Below are positions 11,620-23,743 of a DNA stretch of 64,000 nt, in pieces. The notes under the pieces are model-generated. The model had not been told where the DNA came from. It saw only the letters and a program-made list of their open reading frames with translations, and did no database searches. The position numbers and the translations under genes are program-made. The DNA is from Mobula hypostoma (Eukaryota). The stretch covers positions 246,266,001 to 246,330,000 of the forward strand of contig NC_086097.1 in assembly GCF_963921235.1 (NCBI RefSeq), given 5' to 3'. Within the stretch, counting starts at the first letter, position 1, and the number at the start of each line of letters is the position of its first letter.

Positions 11620-14390
11620 TCATCATTATCATCAGGTGTCATGCCCAGATTGAGCTTTGACTGCCAAGGCCCACACACTCCTGTTTCGAGTCAAGTGGAT
11701 CAATTCATTGGTATTCGTTTCCAGTTCTCTGGCTGCTGTCTCCATCATCATTTGTCTTTGCCTTCCTTTTGCTTTCTTCCCTTCAATCTTTCCCATAATT
11801 ACCATGCATTCTAACTCCTCTTTCTTAATCACATGTCCAATGAAGTTACATTGCCTTTTCATGATCTCATACATTATTTCTCTTTTTGTGTTTGCTCTGT
11901 TCATGACATCCTCGTTAAATATTCGTTTCATCCATGATATTCTTTGCATCCTCCTCAAAAACCACATCTCTGCTGCTTCAATTCGTTTCCTCATGTTACT
12001 AGATATTGTCCAACATTCTGATCCATATAACATAACAGGATAAATGTAACATTTCAGTACTCTGAGGCGGGTTGTCATGCCTAGTTTAGTGTTGGTCAGT
12101 ATATTCTTCATTTTCGTAAAGGTGTCTTTTGCCATCCCTATTCTTCTTTTGATGTCCATGTCGCACCTGCCATCTGATGTCACCCAGCTTCCTAAGCAGC
12201 AAAAGTTCTGTACTTGTTTTATGTCTTCCCCATTTATTTTCAGCCTGCAGCTAGGATTCTCCTTCTTTTTGGATATCACCATACATTCTGTCTTTTTGCA
12301 ATTGATAGATAGACCCATTTCTGCACTTTCTTCAATAACTATATTAATTAAGTTTTGTAGTTCTTCCTCTGTACTTGCAACTAATAGTGTCATCCGCATA
12401 TCTGAAATTATTTTAAATTTTTAAAATTATTTCCCAAGATGTCTCCTATTTTTTGTAATATTGTTTCACTGTACACATTAAACAAATCAGGGGAGAAAAC
12501 ACACCCTTGTTTAATGCCTCTCTTGATTTTCGTAAACTGACTCACTTCTCCATCTATTCTTACAGCGGCAATTTGTTCCCAGTACAGATTTCTGATTAGG
12601 CGGAGGTCTTTCGAATCTAGATCTAGAGTTTCCTGTAATATTTCAAAGAACTTATTGTGCTTTACTTTATCAAATGCTTTTGCGTAGTCAATAAAACAAT
12701 CTTTTTGCACTTGAATAGCTCGTTCTGACAGTATCCTTAACATCAATAATGCGTTTCTTGTACCTTTGTCTTTCACAAAACCACATTGTTCTTTACCTAT
12801 TTCAGCTTGTATCTTACTTTTAGCTCTTGTCATCAAAATTCTTAGAATTATCTTAGTGATATGACTCATTAAACTTATGGTCCTATGTAATTCACATTCT
12901 ATTGCTCCAGGTTTCTTAGGAAGTGTTGCAAACGAATCCCTCGAACATGAAGTCTAACAGGAGGCGGATCAAATGGCCTGCAGCTAACATGACTTCACCG
13001 TGGAAGCAATTTGATGAAGATGTGAACCAAATTCTGGAGGCAACGGCGAAGGGAGGGGTTGATAGGAAGCTGCAAGCCATGACCCTCCCAGTGGAGGTTG
13101 GTTGTAGGGGATTCGTAGCCCGTTCTTTAGTTAGAGCCTTCAGCATTTTGGGCATCGAGGGAGAGAGGAAGAGGAGAGCCATCTGCAGTACCACCGATGC
13201 AGCAGAGTGGGCCTCAAGATGGCTGTGGCTCAAAAGAGGGGAGCCATGAAGTAGCTAGCCATCTGGACACAAGCTGGGGTCTGATCAGCCCCGGCTGGGT
13301 CATCTGGAGGAGGTTGTATGATGTTGAAAGACCCGAAACACCCGATGATTCCAGGAACATCATTGAAGATGTGTCCAGAAGCATCAATAGATGTACGTAC
13401 AGAGGAAGAGTGATAAGTACTGACTTTTTCATCTCTTCTGGTATTATTCCAGTCTCATAAATGTCATTGATTAAATCAGTAAGTTTTTCAATTTGATAAT
13501 CTTCAAGGGCGATAATTTGTTCTATTACTAATTCATCAGGACCTGCTGCCTTTCCTTTTTTCATCTTATTTATTGCATTACGAACTTCAGATTTTAAAAT
13601 ACTTGGACCTTCAATGTTCTTCTTAATTTCTGGTTTTTTGCCTCGATCGTCTTCAAACAATTCCTGAATATACTCAGTCCATCTGTTCATAATCTCATCT
13701 TTTCCCATGATAATGGTACCGTCCTTTGCTTTCAAACATCCACTTGAAGAACAGAGGAGCTTTTTACCAGTGATATTCTTGATTTGTTGATGTAACCTTT
13801 TTGCATCAGTAATAGGGATTCTTTCTATTTGCTCACATTCCTTGTTTAACCATTCTTCTTCGGCTTTTTGACATAAGCTTTTAACTTTTTTATCTAAGGA
13901 CTTATATTCCATAGGATTTGCTTTCTTCAGTCTCCTTTCTTCCATTAGATTTTTGATTTCATCTGTCATCCATTTATTCTTTGTGCTTTTTTCATTTTTA
14001 GGAATCACTGACTTTGCTGATTCTACCAAGGCATCCTTCATAGAGTTAAGCTTCATTTCTACATGATTGCTATCATCTTTAACAGATTCTATTTCTAGAC
14101 TTTGAAATCTATTCCTTACTTAAATTGTAAATTTTTGTCTTACGTTTTCTTCTTTAATTAATTGCAAGTAGTCAAGGGATTCAGTAGTTCAGGTTTTTGC
14201 TTCTTTAGTTTTTTAAGTTTTACTTTTACATGACATATTACTGGGTTATGGTCACTATTACAGTCTGCACCTGGATATGTTTTGCATTGAGTCACTGAGT
14301 TTCTAAATCTTTGGTTTATAGTAATAAAGTCAATTTGATTTCTGGTGCTATCACCTGGACTTTTCCAGGTCCACGAGCGTCTTGGATGGT
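11620..14390 (-). mobile_element. RTE-clade LINE, non-inverted part (EN C-terminus, RT, 3' end); pseudogenised
   Basis: HPRRSWTWKSPG..NQIDFI..YPGADCNSDH; KAAGPDEL; EQCGF, FIDYAKAFD, GIKQGCVFSP.LFN, YAD-type site; (GAT)n tail at 11620-11634. Confidence 0.95.
12924..13402 (+). mobile_element. Internally deleted HERO-type (R2-group, restriction-like endonuclease) non-LTR element nested in the RTE
   Basis: RRIKWPAAN..WKQFDEDV joined to PVEVGCRGF...ASRWLWLKR; 3' UTR GACCCGAAACACCC..ACATCA.TGA.GATGT; 6-bp TSD AGGAAG at 12918-12923 and 13403-13408. Confidence 0.85.
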
Positions 14391-15153
14391 TTCTTCAGTT
14401 CACCCAACGGAAGGCAATAGCAAACCACCGTTGCTAGATACTAGGTTTCCTAGAATCTTTGCTAAGAAAAGCATGGTCAAGCTCACAAAATGTGTCACAC
14501 AACAACAGTGTCAAGAGGATCTTCAAGACAATTCTGAAGATGCTTTGCTCGGTAGGGTTGACTCTGGGCAGCAGGGGATCCCCGACCGTCATCAAGCTAC
14601 CGCTCATAAAATTCAAGTAACACAAAAGAAAACTATTGCCACTTGGAATGTAAGAACCCTATATCAAGCAGGAAGATTGGACAATATGATAAATGAAACG
14701 GAAAGACTAAAAATTAACATAATGGGAATTCGTGAAGTTTGTGGGACAGGTGCTGGAACATGTCAGAATAGAAATAAAACACTAATTTATTCTTGTGGAA
14801 CATCTCATACTAATGGAGTAGGAATTTTTATGGATGAAAACATGGCAAAAATGTTTTAGGACATTGGGCAATATCAGAAAGAGTGCTCCTTGTTAGATTC
14901 AGAGGACAACCATTTGATTTAGCAATTATACAGGTATATGCACCAACAACAGATGGAACAAATGAGGATATAGATAAATTCTATGAAGAGCTTAAACAAG
15001 TAAAGAATGGATGGAAATCTCAAAATATTGTTATTGTCATGGGAGATCTAAATGTAGGACAAGGTGCTGATGGAAATACCATAGGAAAATTTGGACTAGG
15101 GGAAAGAAATGAAAGAGGCGAGAAATGGGTAGAATGGTGCAAGACGAATAATC
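14391..15153 (+). mobile_element. Inverted 5' segment of the same RTE (5' region and apurinic endonuclease N-terminus)
   Basis: IATWNVRTL, IIQVYAPT, IVMGDLN, GKFGLGERNERG..WCKTNNQ; bounded by TSD 15154-15165. Confidence 0.9.
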
Positions 15154-15487
15154 AGATTGATCTTAGAGTAGGTTTAAAGGTTGACACAACATCGTAGGCC
15201 AATGCACATCGTGTACTGTGCTGTAATTGTTACTGTCCTGTAATGTTCTAAGTTCTAAAGGAAAAAAAAGACTAATGGAACAAAATTAAAAAAGACAGAA
15301 AAAAGTATGAGAAAATACTTCCCAAAAGTCTTAAATTCAACTAAGTAGTCCATGCTAATTGTGAACAATTGGTTATTTAGATTCTTTTACTTAGCCCAAT
15401 ATCCCTACTAGGACATAGGGTGCCAACAGTAGTTCACCAGATTCCTCTATCTGGTCTAGTCTTTTAAACCATCACCAAGACATAGCT

Positions 15488-16043
15488 TAGAGTCATAGAG
15501 TCACAGAAAAGTACAGCCTATCAAGTCCATGCTGACCCATTTAAACTACCTACTCACATCAACCGGCAATGGCACCAAAGCACTCGATAGTCCATCCAAA
15601 CTTCTCTTAAAAGTTGAAAATGAGTTTGCATGCACCACTTGCACTATCCACTCATTCCACACTCTCACGACCCTCTGAATGAAGATGTTTCTCCTCATGT
15701 TCCCCTTAAGCTTTTCACCTTTCACCCTTAACCCATGATCTCTAGTTGTTCGTCCCAGCCTCAGTGGAAGAAGCCCCCTTATCTATATCCCTCATAAATT
15801 TGTACATGTCTATCAAATCTCCTCTCAATCTTCTACATTCTAAGGAATACAGGCCTAACCTATTCAATCTTTTCAATAATTCAAGTCCTCCTGACCAGGC
15901 AACATAATTGTAAATTTTCTCTGGACTCTTTCAACCTTACTTACATCTTACCTGTAAGTAGGTGACCAAAACTGCACACAATACTCCAGATTAGGCCTCA
16001 GCAATATCTTATACAGTTTCAACATAACATCCCATCTCCTGTC
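15488..16043 (-). mobile_element. CR1 fragment
   Basis: Reverse complement of the CR1 ORF2 3' region and tail. Confidence 0.85.
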
Positions 16044-16657
16044 ACAAACAAGAGAAAATCTGCAGATGCTGAAAATCAAAATACAGCACACAAAATGCTG
16101 GAGGAACTCAACAGGTCAGGCAAGTATTTTCTATGGAAAAGAGTAAACAGTTGACATTTCGGGCTGAGGCCCTTCATCAGGACTGGACAAAAGGGTGAGA
16201 AGTCAGAGTAAGAGGTGGGGGGAGGGGAGGAAGGAGTACAAGATGGTAGGAAATAGGTGAAATCGGGAGAAGGGGAGGGATGAAGTAAAGATCTGGGAAG
16301 TTGATTCGTGAAAGAGATAAAGGGCTGGAGAAGGGAGAATCTGAAAGGACAGGGTAAAAGACCATGGAAGAAAGAAAAGGGGGGAGGAGCACCAGAGGGA
16401 GGTGATGGGCAGGTAGGGAGATAAGCTGAGAGAGGGAAATGGAAATGGGGAATGGTGAAAGGGGGACAGCAATGACCGGCAGTTTGAAAAATTGATGTTT
16501 ATGTCATCAGGTTGGAGGCTACCCAGACAGAAATAAGGTCTTACTCCCCTCCAACCTAAGTGTGGCTTCATCGCGGCAGTAGAGGAGGTCATGGACTGAC
16601 ATGTCGGAATTGAAATAGGTGGGTACTGGGAGATTCCACTTTTTCTGGTGGATGGAG
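16044..16657 (-). mobile_element. Penelope-like 3' fragment with hammerhead motif (16148-16185)
   Basis: LYCRDEATLRLE..LGSLQPD relic; minus strand reads cagtc-CTGATGA-agggc(ctca)gccc-GAAATGTC-aactg. Confidence 0.85.
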
Positions 16658-16659
16658 AT

Positions 16660-16890
16660 CCCATTTCCTGTATTCAATCCTCGACTATGGCTTCTAGGTG
16701 AAGATGTTTCCATTCTCGGGGGTGAGGTCTGTGAAGTTTCTAATGCCATTTCTGTAGCTCTGGGCTTTTATGGGATGGGGTTGCAAGGCCCAAGACTAAC
16801 CTTCCTCCTTTTGCAGCCGGGCTTGGGGCCGTCCATGGCCAAGTTGGTTATAAAGATGGTGAACTCCAAATGGTGAAGTTGGAAGTGCAA
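16660..16890 (-). mobile_element. RTE-type 5' UTR fragment containing a twister-ribozyme-like relic
   Basis: Minus strand GGACGGCCCCAAGCCCGGCTGCAAAAGGAGGAAGGTTAG followed by GCAACCCCATCCCATAAAA. Confidence 0.65.
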
Positions 16891-17527
16891 AAAAAAAGAT
16901 GAATTTCATGGTAACTGACTAATGTCTGCCAGTATGTAAAATGAGTTGTCTGCTGAGTTGTAAGCTTTTCCACACTGAGCTCTGACGTAGAATAGTGGGA
17001 AACTAGAGATTAAATAAACAATAGTTTGAAACACCCGTCACCCAAGTGCTTCTGTTGTCATGGGGACAATTACTGTGAAATGTGTAAGCCACTGAACAAT
17101 TTAACAGTTAACAACATAAATATTCTTAGCTTCTTCTTTAAAGAAGGACACTTTTTCATTGCTTCTTCGCGCTTGTGGCTTAGCCACATCCTTACAATGC
17201 AGTCTGGTTATTGATACACAGAACTTATTATTGACTCAATGTCTGGTTTCACTCCAGACTACAACTCTTAACATTCATATTATAATATTGACTAATAAAG
17301 CCAATCTTTCTTTCCACTAATTTTTTTAATATCGTCATCATTTTGCTTGTGCTGGTTTACAGAAGGTGTACACGTAAATTCTGAGAGCCCACATACTTGA
17401 TAGATGAATCTGACGATTACGTTCACAAAATGAATTTGTGAATATATTCAGCCTGATCATCAGACACAATCTCTGCTTGCCAAAATCTGCTTGGTCAGAG
17501 GCAGCGGGCCAACTTTGCTCAGGCTCC

Positions 17528-18172
17528 GCACACACTAATCTCAATTGCCCCCGGCACACTCTCATTTCGCTTGACCTCTGCACACTCTAATCTTGTTTGT
17601 CCCCTGCTCATTGTAATCTCGCTTCCTCCCTGCACACTCTAATCCCACTTGCCCTCTACACGCTCTAATCTTGATTGCCTATCCACACGGTCTAATCTCA
17701 CTTGCCCTCTGCACACTCTTATCTTCCTTTCCCCCAACTCACTCTATTTTCGCTCCCCCCCACACTCTAATTTCAGCTGCCCACAGCGCACTCTAATCCC
17801 ATTTGACCCCCGCACACTCTGATCTTGATTGACTCCCTTGCCCTCATGGACCTTAATCTCACTTGCCCCTCAGACAGTCTAATTACACTTGCCCTCCGCA
17901 CACTATAATCTTGCTTGACCCACAGACACTCTAATCTCACTTGTCCTCCACACACTCATATCCTGCTTGCACCCCACAGAATCTAATCTCGATTGCCCCC
18001 CTAAACACTCTAATCTGGTTTGCCCTCCGCACACTCTAATTTTACTGCCATCCACACTCTCTAATCTTATTTACCACCTCCGCACTCTAATCTCACTTGC
18101 CCTCTGCACACTCTAAATGCATTTGACCACTGCACACTCTAACCGGACTTGCTCCCTCACACTCTAAACTCC
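17528..18172. repeat. 26-bp minisatellite, about 25 diverged units
   Basis: Consensus approximately CACACTCTAATCTCACTTGCCCTCTG, in tandem. Confidence 0.9.
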
Positions 18173-18212
18173 ATTGCTTGTAATGAGCTGTAGATTTCTA
18201 TGTTTCTATGCT

Positions 18213-18650
18213 TCCATTGGAGGGTCCAAAGGAGGTTCACGAAAGTGATCCTTGAATGAAACTTATGAGGAGCATTTGATAACTCTGGGCTTGTACTTGC
18301 TGGAATTTAGTCACAGTCATACTTTATTGATCCCGGGGTAGTTGGGGGGGGGGGGAAATCTTATTGAAGCCTATTGAATATTGAAAGGCCTGTATAGAGT
18401 GGACGTGGAGAGGATGTTTCCTATCTGGGAAAGTCTAAAACCAGAGGGCACAGCCTCAGAAAAAAGGGACACCCATTTAGAACAGAGATGAGGAGGAGTT
18501 TTACTAACCAGAATGCGGTGAATTTATTGAGCTGATTGTCACGATGGCTGTGGAGGGTATATTTAAAGCGGAGATTGATAGGTTCTTGATTAATAAGGGT
18601 GTCAAAGGTTACGGGGAGAAGGCAGGAGAATGAGGTTGAGAGGGATAATG
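18213..18650 (+). mobile_element. CR1 3' fragment, interrupted; tail resumes at ~19075
   Basis: CR1 ORF2 C-terminal and 3' UTR motifs. Confidence 0.8.
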
Positions 18651-18654
18651 GAGG

Positions 18655-19070
18655 TGAGAGTGGACAGAGAGAGCTGGACTTGTTTCGCACCGTGCTTCAG
18701 CTGCCCAGCTGTGTGCCATTGGATTCCATACTGGGTTGGGTGCTGCCCTCCAGTATTCAGTCCCAGGAAGACAAGCAGGATTGCGTTCATCTGTGGCTGC
18801 ACTTGAGCGAGATGAGGAACTGCTGTGGGTTGCTCTTGCAGAAACATGGCTCCAGGACAACATCTATGCACCATCAATCACTCAGGGACGTGGGCTATAT
18901 TAGTATTATCTTTATTTTTTTCTAACTGTATGTTTTTCTGCTATCATAATTATATCTGTTACATGTGCTGTGTGCTGTGTATGACTGTTGGCAGTGTGTT
19001 TTGTGCCTCGGCTCCAGAGGAAGGCTGTTTCATTTGGCTGTGTTCATGTGTATGGCTGAATGGTAATTCT
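18655..19070 (+). mobile_element. Bipartite Rex1/Babar-derived non-autonomous element (family C)
   Basis: Endonuclease relic EMRNCC...(frameshift)AETWLQDNI joined directly to a 3' tail; homologous to 36770-37280. Confidence 0.65.
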
Positions 19071-19225
19071 GTCACTATGTCTTATGGTCTATGATATATC
19101 TTGGTCAGCACGGGTCAGTTCCACCTAAGGGCCTGTTTCCTTGCTTTAGTGACACCATTACTGTTGTAGCTGGTTAATCGGTCAGTCTTTGCCATTAACG
19201 TATTAAGTGTCAACACAAATCTTAA

Positions 19226-19627
19226 CGTCACTGTGAGTGCTGGGAAAGACTGAACCCAGGTGCGGAGGAGTGGTGGACTTCCAGCTAGAGACGAAACAAG
19301 GGCTTACACATAGGGATACCAACAGAACATCAGTGGCACAACAAAGCAACACTGTGAGACAAATCATTCTCAACACAAGGACCCCTCGATGAGAGTTAAA
19401 CGGGAGTCCACATTAAATAATCATAGAATGCAGAAAAGCCATGCCAGTCACAATTAACATGATAAGACTAAACCGAAGCATAAGGGCTTAACAACTCTAA
19501 TTACAAAAAAAAATAAAAAATGAAAAAAAACTCTAATTACAACTACAATTAGTAAATACGGATGCTCGAGAAAACTAGAAGCCCAACACTCTATGGCAAG
19601 CTGCAGTGGCCCGCAGGGCTCATGACA
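19226..19627 (-). mobile_element. Solo LTR, same family as 61370-61795
   Basis: Ends CGTCAC...ATGACA; flanks CTTAA/CTTGA; shares ACAC.GTGAGACAA..CATTCTCAA..GGACCC with the 61.4-kb copy; strand tentative. Confidence 0.6.
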
Positions 19628-20012
19628 CTTGAATGCTTTCGCCTTTTAGCAACCAGCCTGTCACTACGTTTTCTACCCCGCAATTCATTGATAACATAAC
19701 TATTGTGTTCAGTAAAATGAGTGATTTTCAACACAGTTTTTGGCAAAAGATACAGTTGTAAATGCTTGGATGCTCATCAATGGTATCTGGTACTTTAGGA
19801 GCACCTCTGCTTGACGTATCCTCAAAGGGTATGTGTGATGTTTTTAATCAGAGATTGACAAACTGCCAATATCTTGAAAGAAGAGGAAAGATGAGAAGTT
19901 GTCCCTCTTCTGGTGCCAACATAGCATATCCACAACTTACTAATTCATACAGGTTGTGCACTGAGGAAAGAAACCGGAGCATTTGGAGGAAAGCCATATG
20001 GCCACGGGCAGA

Positions 20013-20460
20013 ACTTCAAAGGATCAAAGGTACAATTTAATGTCAGAGAAATGTGTACAATATACATCCTGAAATGCTTTTTCTTTGCACCATCCACGAA
20101 AACAGAGGAGCGCCCCAAAGAATGACTGACAGTTAAATGTTAGAACCCCAAGCCCCCCCCCCAGCTCCCCCCTCCCATGCATAAGCGGCAGCAAGCATCA
20201 ATCCCCACCCCCCCACCGGCAAAAAAAACACAAGCATTGGCACCGCCACCAAGCACTGAAGCGTGAGCAAAGCAATAGCAAAGACACAGAATTGCAGCCA
20301 CCCCAAAGACTTTGTGTTTCATCCGGTATTCGACAGACCACAGGCTCTCTCTCTCCCTAATGACGGAGAAAGAGGTATCTCCATTTTCTCAGCGAGTGGG
20401 GAGACATAACAAACAACTCACTGGTTTACGATGTTAAAATTCTGTTACGTAGCTTTTCTT
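20013..20460 (-). mobile_element. Non-autonomous retroelement with LINE-type 3' tail
   Basis: Minus strand ends CAGGATGTATATTGTACACATTTCTCTGACATTAAATTGTACC(TTTGA)n; related tails at 22170-22570, 24890-25560 and 57140-57420. Confidence 0.55.
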
Positions 20461-20539
20461 GAGACATATATTGGAGTGTAATAGTGGCACATACATTGTA
20501 CAACTGGAACGGGGTCCTAGTGGTGCAGAACACAGCAGA

Positions 20540-21222
20540 TAAGACCATAAGGTATAGGAGAGAATTAGGCTATTTGGCCCATCGTCTCTGCACCACCATT
20601 TCATCATGACTGATCCAATTATCCTCTCAGCCCCATTTTCCTGCCTTCTCCCCATACCCCTTCATGCCCCGACCAATCAAGAACGTATCAACCTCTGCTT
20701 TAAATATACATAAAGACTTAGCCTCTGCAGCTGCCTAGAACAAAGAATTCCACAGATTCACTACTCTTAGCTAAAGAAATTCCTCCTCATCTCTGATTTA
20801 AAAGGACACCTTTCTATTCTGAGGCTGTATCCACTGGTCTTAGTCTCTCCCACCACAGGAAACAACTTCTCCACATCACCTCTATCAAGGCCTTTCAATA
20901 TTCGATAGGTTTCAATGAGGTCACCTATCATTCTTCTGAATTCTAGTGAATACAGGCCTAGAACCATCAAATGCTCTTCATATGACAAGCCATTCAATCT
21001 TGGAATCATTTTCATGAACCTCCTTTGAACCCTCTCCAGTTTCAGCACATCCTTTCTAAGATAAGGGGCCCAAAACTGCTCACAATACTCCAAGTGAGGC
21101 CTCACCAGTGCTTTATAAAGTCTCAACATTACATCCTTGCTTTTATATTCTAGTCCCCTTGAAATGAATGCTAACATTGCATTTGCCTTCCTTACCACAG
21201 ACTCAACTATAAATTAACTTTA
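20540..21222 (-). mobile_element. CR1 fragment
   Basis: KANAMLAFISRGLEYKS..LYKALVRPHLEYCEQFWAPY..LERVQRRF. Confidence 0.95.
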
Positions 21223-21362
21223 ATGATATGTGAAGAAATTCTGGAGGAGGTACAGGAGAAGGAGCCTGAAGACATACACTCAACATTTTAGGGATGATCC
21301 AGGATTCTGATTCTGAACTCACAATTTGCTTACGGGCTAAAACATTAAAAACACTTTCATAA

Positions 21363-22010
21363 TAAGACCATAAAACATTGCAGCAGAATTAGGCTACTCA
21401 GCCCATCAAGACTGCCACTATTCCACTATGGCAAATTTATTATCCCCTCTCAACCCCATTCTCCTGCCTTTTCCCCATAACCTTTGATGCTCTTACTAAT
21501 TAAGAATCTATCAACCTCTGTTTTTCTGAGGCGGCACGGTAGTGTAGTGATTAGCATGAAGCTTTACAGTACAGACGACCTGGGATCAATTCCTGCAAAT
21601 GCCTGTAAGAAATTAGTACGTTCTCCCCATTACCTCCCACAGTTTAAGGAAACTTGGTAGGTTAACTGGTCATTATAAATTGTCCCATAATTAGGCAAGG
21701 ATTAAATTGGGGGATTGCCAAGCAGTGTGACTCAAAGGGCTAGAAGGGCCTATTCCATGCTGCATCTGAATGAATGAATGAATGAATAAATGAATGAATG
21801 AATGAACGAATAAATAAATAAATAAATGCATAAATAAATAAAATATACCCTATGACTTGGCCTTTTTAGCCATCTGTGGCAATGAATTCCACAGATTCCT
21901 CACCCTTTCAGCTCTGTGCCAAAGGGGTGTTTTTATATTCTGAGACTGTACCCTCTGGTCTTCGACTCTCCCTCTATTGGAAATATCTTTTCCTCGTCCA
22001 CTCTATCTAG
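21363..22010 (-). mobile_element. CR1 3' end interrupted by a plus-strand tRNA-SINE (21528-21843) with a (GAAT)n/(AAAT)n tail
   Basis: CR1 3' UTR resumes across the SINE; A-box and B-box (GATCAATTCC) at the SINE head. Confidence 0.8.
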
Positions 22011-23743
22011 CGTAGCTGTTAACATCGTATTTTACAGCCAGCGATAGAGCTTCTATACCTGCTGCTGTCTGCAAAGTGTTTGTACTTTCTACCTGTGATC
22101 GTGTGGCTTCCCTCCGGGTACTTTGGTTTCATCGCACATTCCAGACACAGATGGTTAAGGTTAGGATTAGATTCAAGGTTCAAGTACGTTTATTATCAAA
22201 TAATATATAAATTATACAACTTTGAGATTTTCTTGCTCACAGGTAGCCACAAAGCAAGAAACCTGAAAGAACCGAATTAAAGAAAGAAAGAATAAAAACC
22301 AACACTCCACGAGAAAGAAAAAAATCCACAAGTCATCCAAACAATTGGAGCGAACAACAATGGCATTCCAAACCAAAAATGAATCCTCAAATCTGAACCC
22401 CAGACAGGCCCGGAGTAGGCCCAAAGCCTCACTTATCAGTTCATCATATTAGCAGGCACGGAGTACAGCAGCCGGGACAGTCGTCATAGCTGCGGCGCCA
22501 TGGAGATGACCACCGCAGAGAAAGAGCGAAATCAGCTCTCGTCCCAACCGACATCCTGTCTTTTCAGGCCAGAATGCTGTTTCTGATTGCTTCACTTGTT
22601 TGCATGTTTGTGTTTTTTTTTCTCTTCAAGTGTAGTTTTTTATTTTTATTTTTATTCCTTTTTTGCCACGTTGGTGCAGGAAGCGGGCTGCCCCCAGCAC
22701 AATGCTCAGACTACGCTGGACGTCGATGCAAATGACATTATCATTGTAGGTTTCAATGTACATGTGACAAATAAAGCTAATCTTTATCTTTACTACATCA
22801 GCAGTATTTTTATCTTCACACACAGAGGAATTTCACCATCTTCCTTTGCTTTCTAATTTTCTTTAACATTCTAGTCACCCAACTTCTGTGTGTGTCCTTG
22901 GCATTTTAACCCAAATGGCCTTAATGTTCATAAACCACCTCTTCTGTTCTCTGTTCTTACTTCCTTACCGAGTTAGTTTCAATCCAATGGCCTGGTGCTA
23001 AATTAAAACAGGATTCTGCATTGCATTTCCCATCTGTATCCCTCTTCTCCATCAGCCAGCCTGCTGGGATGTGTCAGCTCGCCACGCTGTTGTCAGTTTG
23101 TACACTACAGCACTTGTCTGTTTTGAAGCCAAGAATTGAATTTTCAGTGCCGTTATAAGTTATAATAACTTTCCTTATTTCAGATTGATCTTTCCTACTG
23201 AAAAGCTCCCTGCTAGGTACACTAACATGCACTGAATAACTCTGGCAGCTTGGTTTCATTTTAATAAAACAGTTTGTTATGCTACTCACGCAAGAGCTTC
23301 AGGTGCAGTAAATGTGTTCAGCCGGGTTCCCAGTTTTACCTGGTGTCTTCAGTGCTCAGTTTATAATGGATGGAGTCCATCTCCATCTGAATATGGGGAA
23401 TGCAGAATATTTTCAGCAGTCATTTTCGGAGTTTTTATAAGAAGTTTACTTCTCTTTCTTGTTCATTGAGAGACTCATTGGCACTCACAACTTCCCTCTG
23501 TATAACTTTCCTCCAACAAAGTGCAATTAATACTTCCTGAATCGTTACTCATTTACATGCTCTAAGGCCAGAAGGTTTGAAATTCAGGATCAGAATCAAG
23601 TTTATTACCACTAACATCAGAATCATAATCCAGTCTTCAGATTTCTGAATGGACAATGAGCTCATGTACACTAGCTCACTATTTAAACATTTTTTCTTGC
23701 TTTTTTTTTTGCACTACTTATTTAATTTATTTTATATACTAAA

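Noticed and set aside
13310..13375. Hammerhead-like words (TGATG...CGAAAC) in the HERO 3' UTR
   Set aside because: No intact CUGAnGA box and no stem I can be placed.
17528..18172. CRISPR-like regularly spaced repeat
   Set aside because: Units are contiguous with no unique spacers, there are no cas genes, and the context is eukaryotic; it is a minisatellite.
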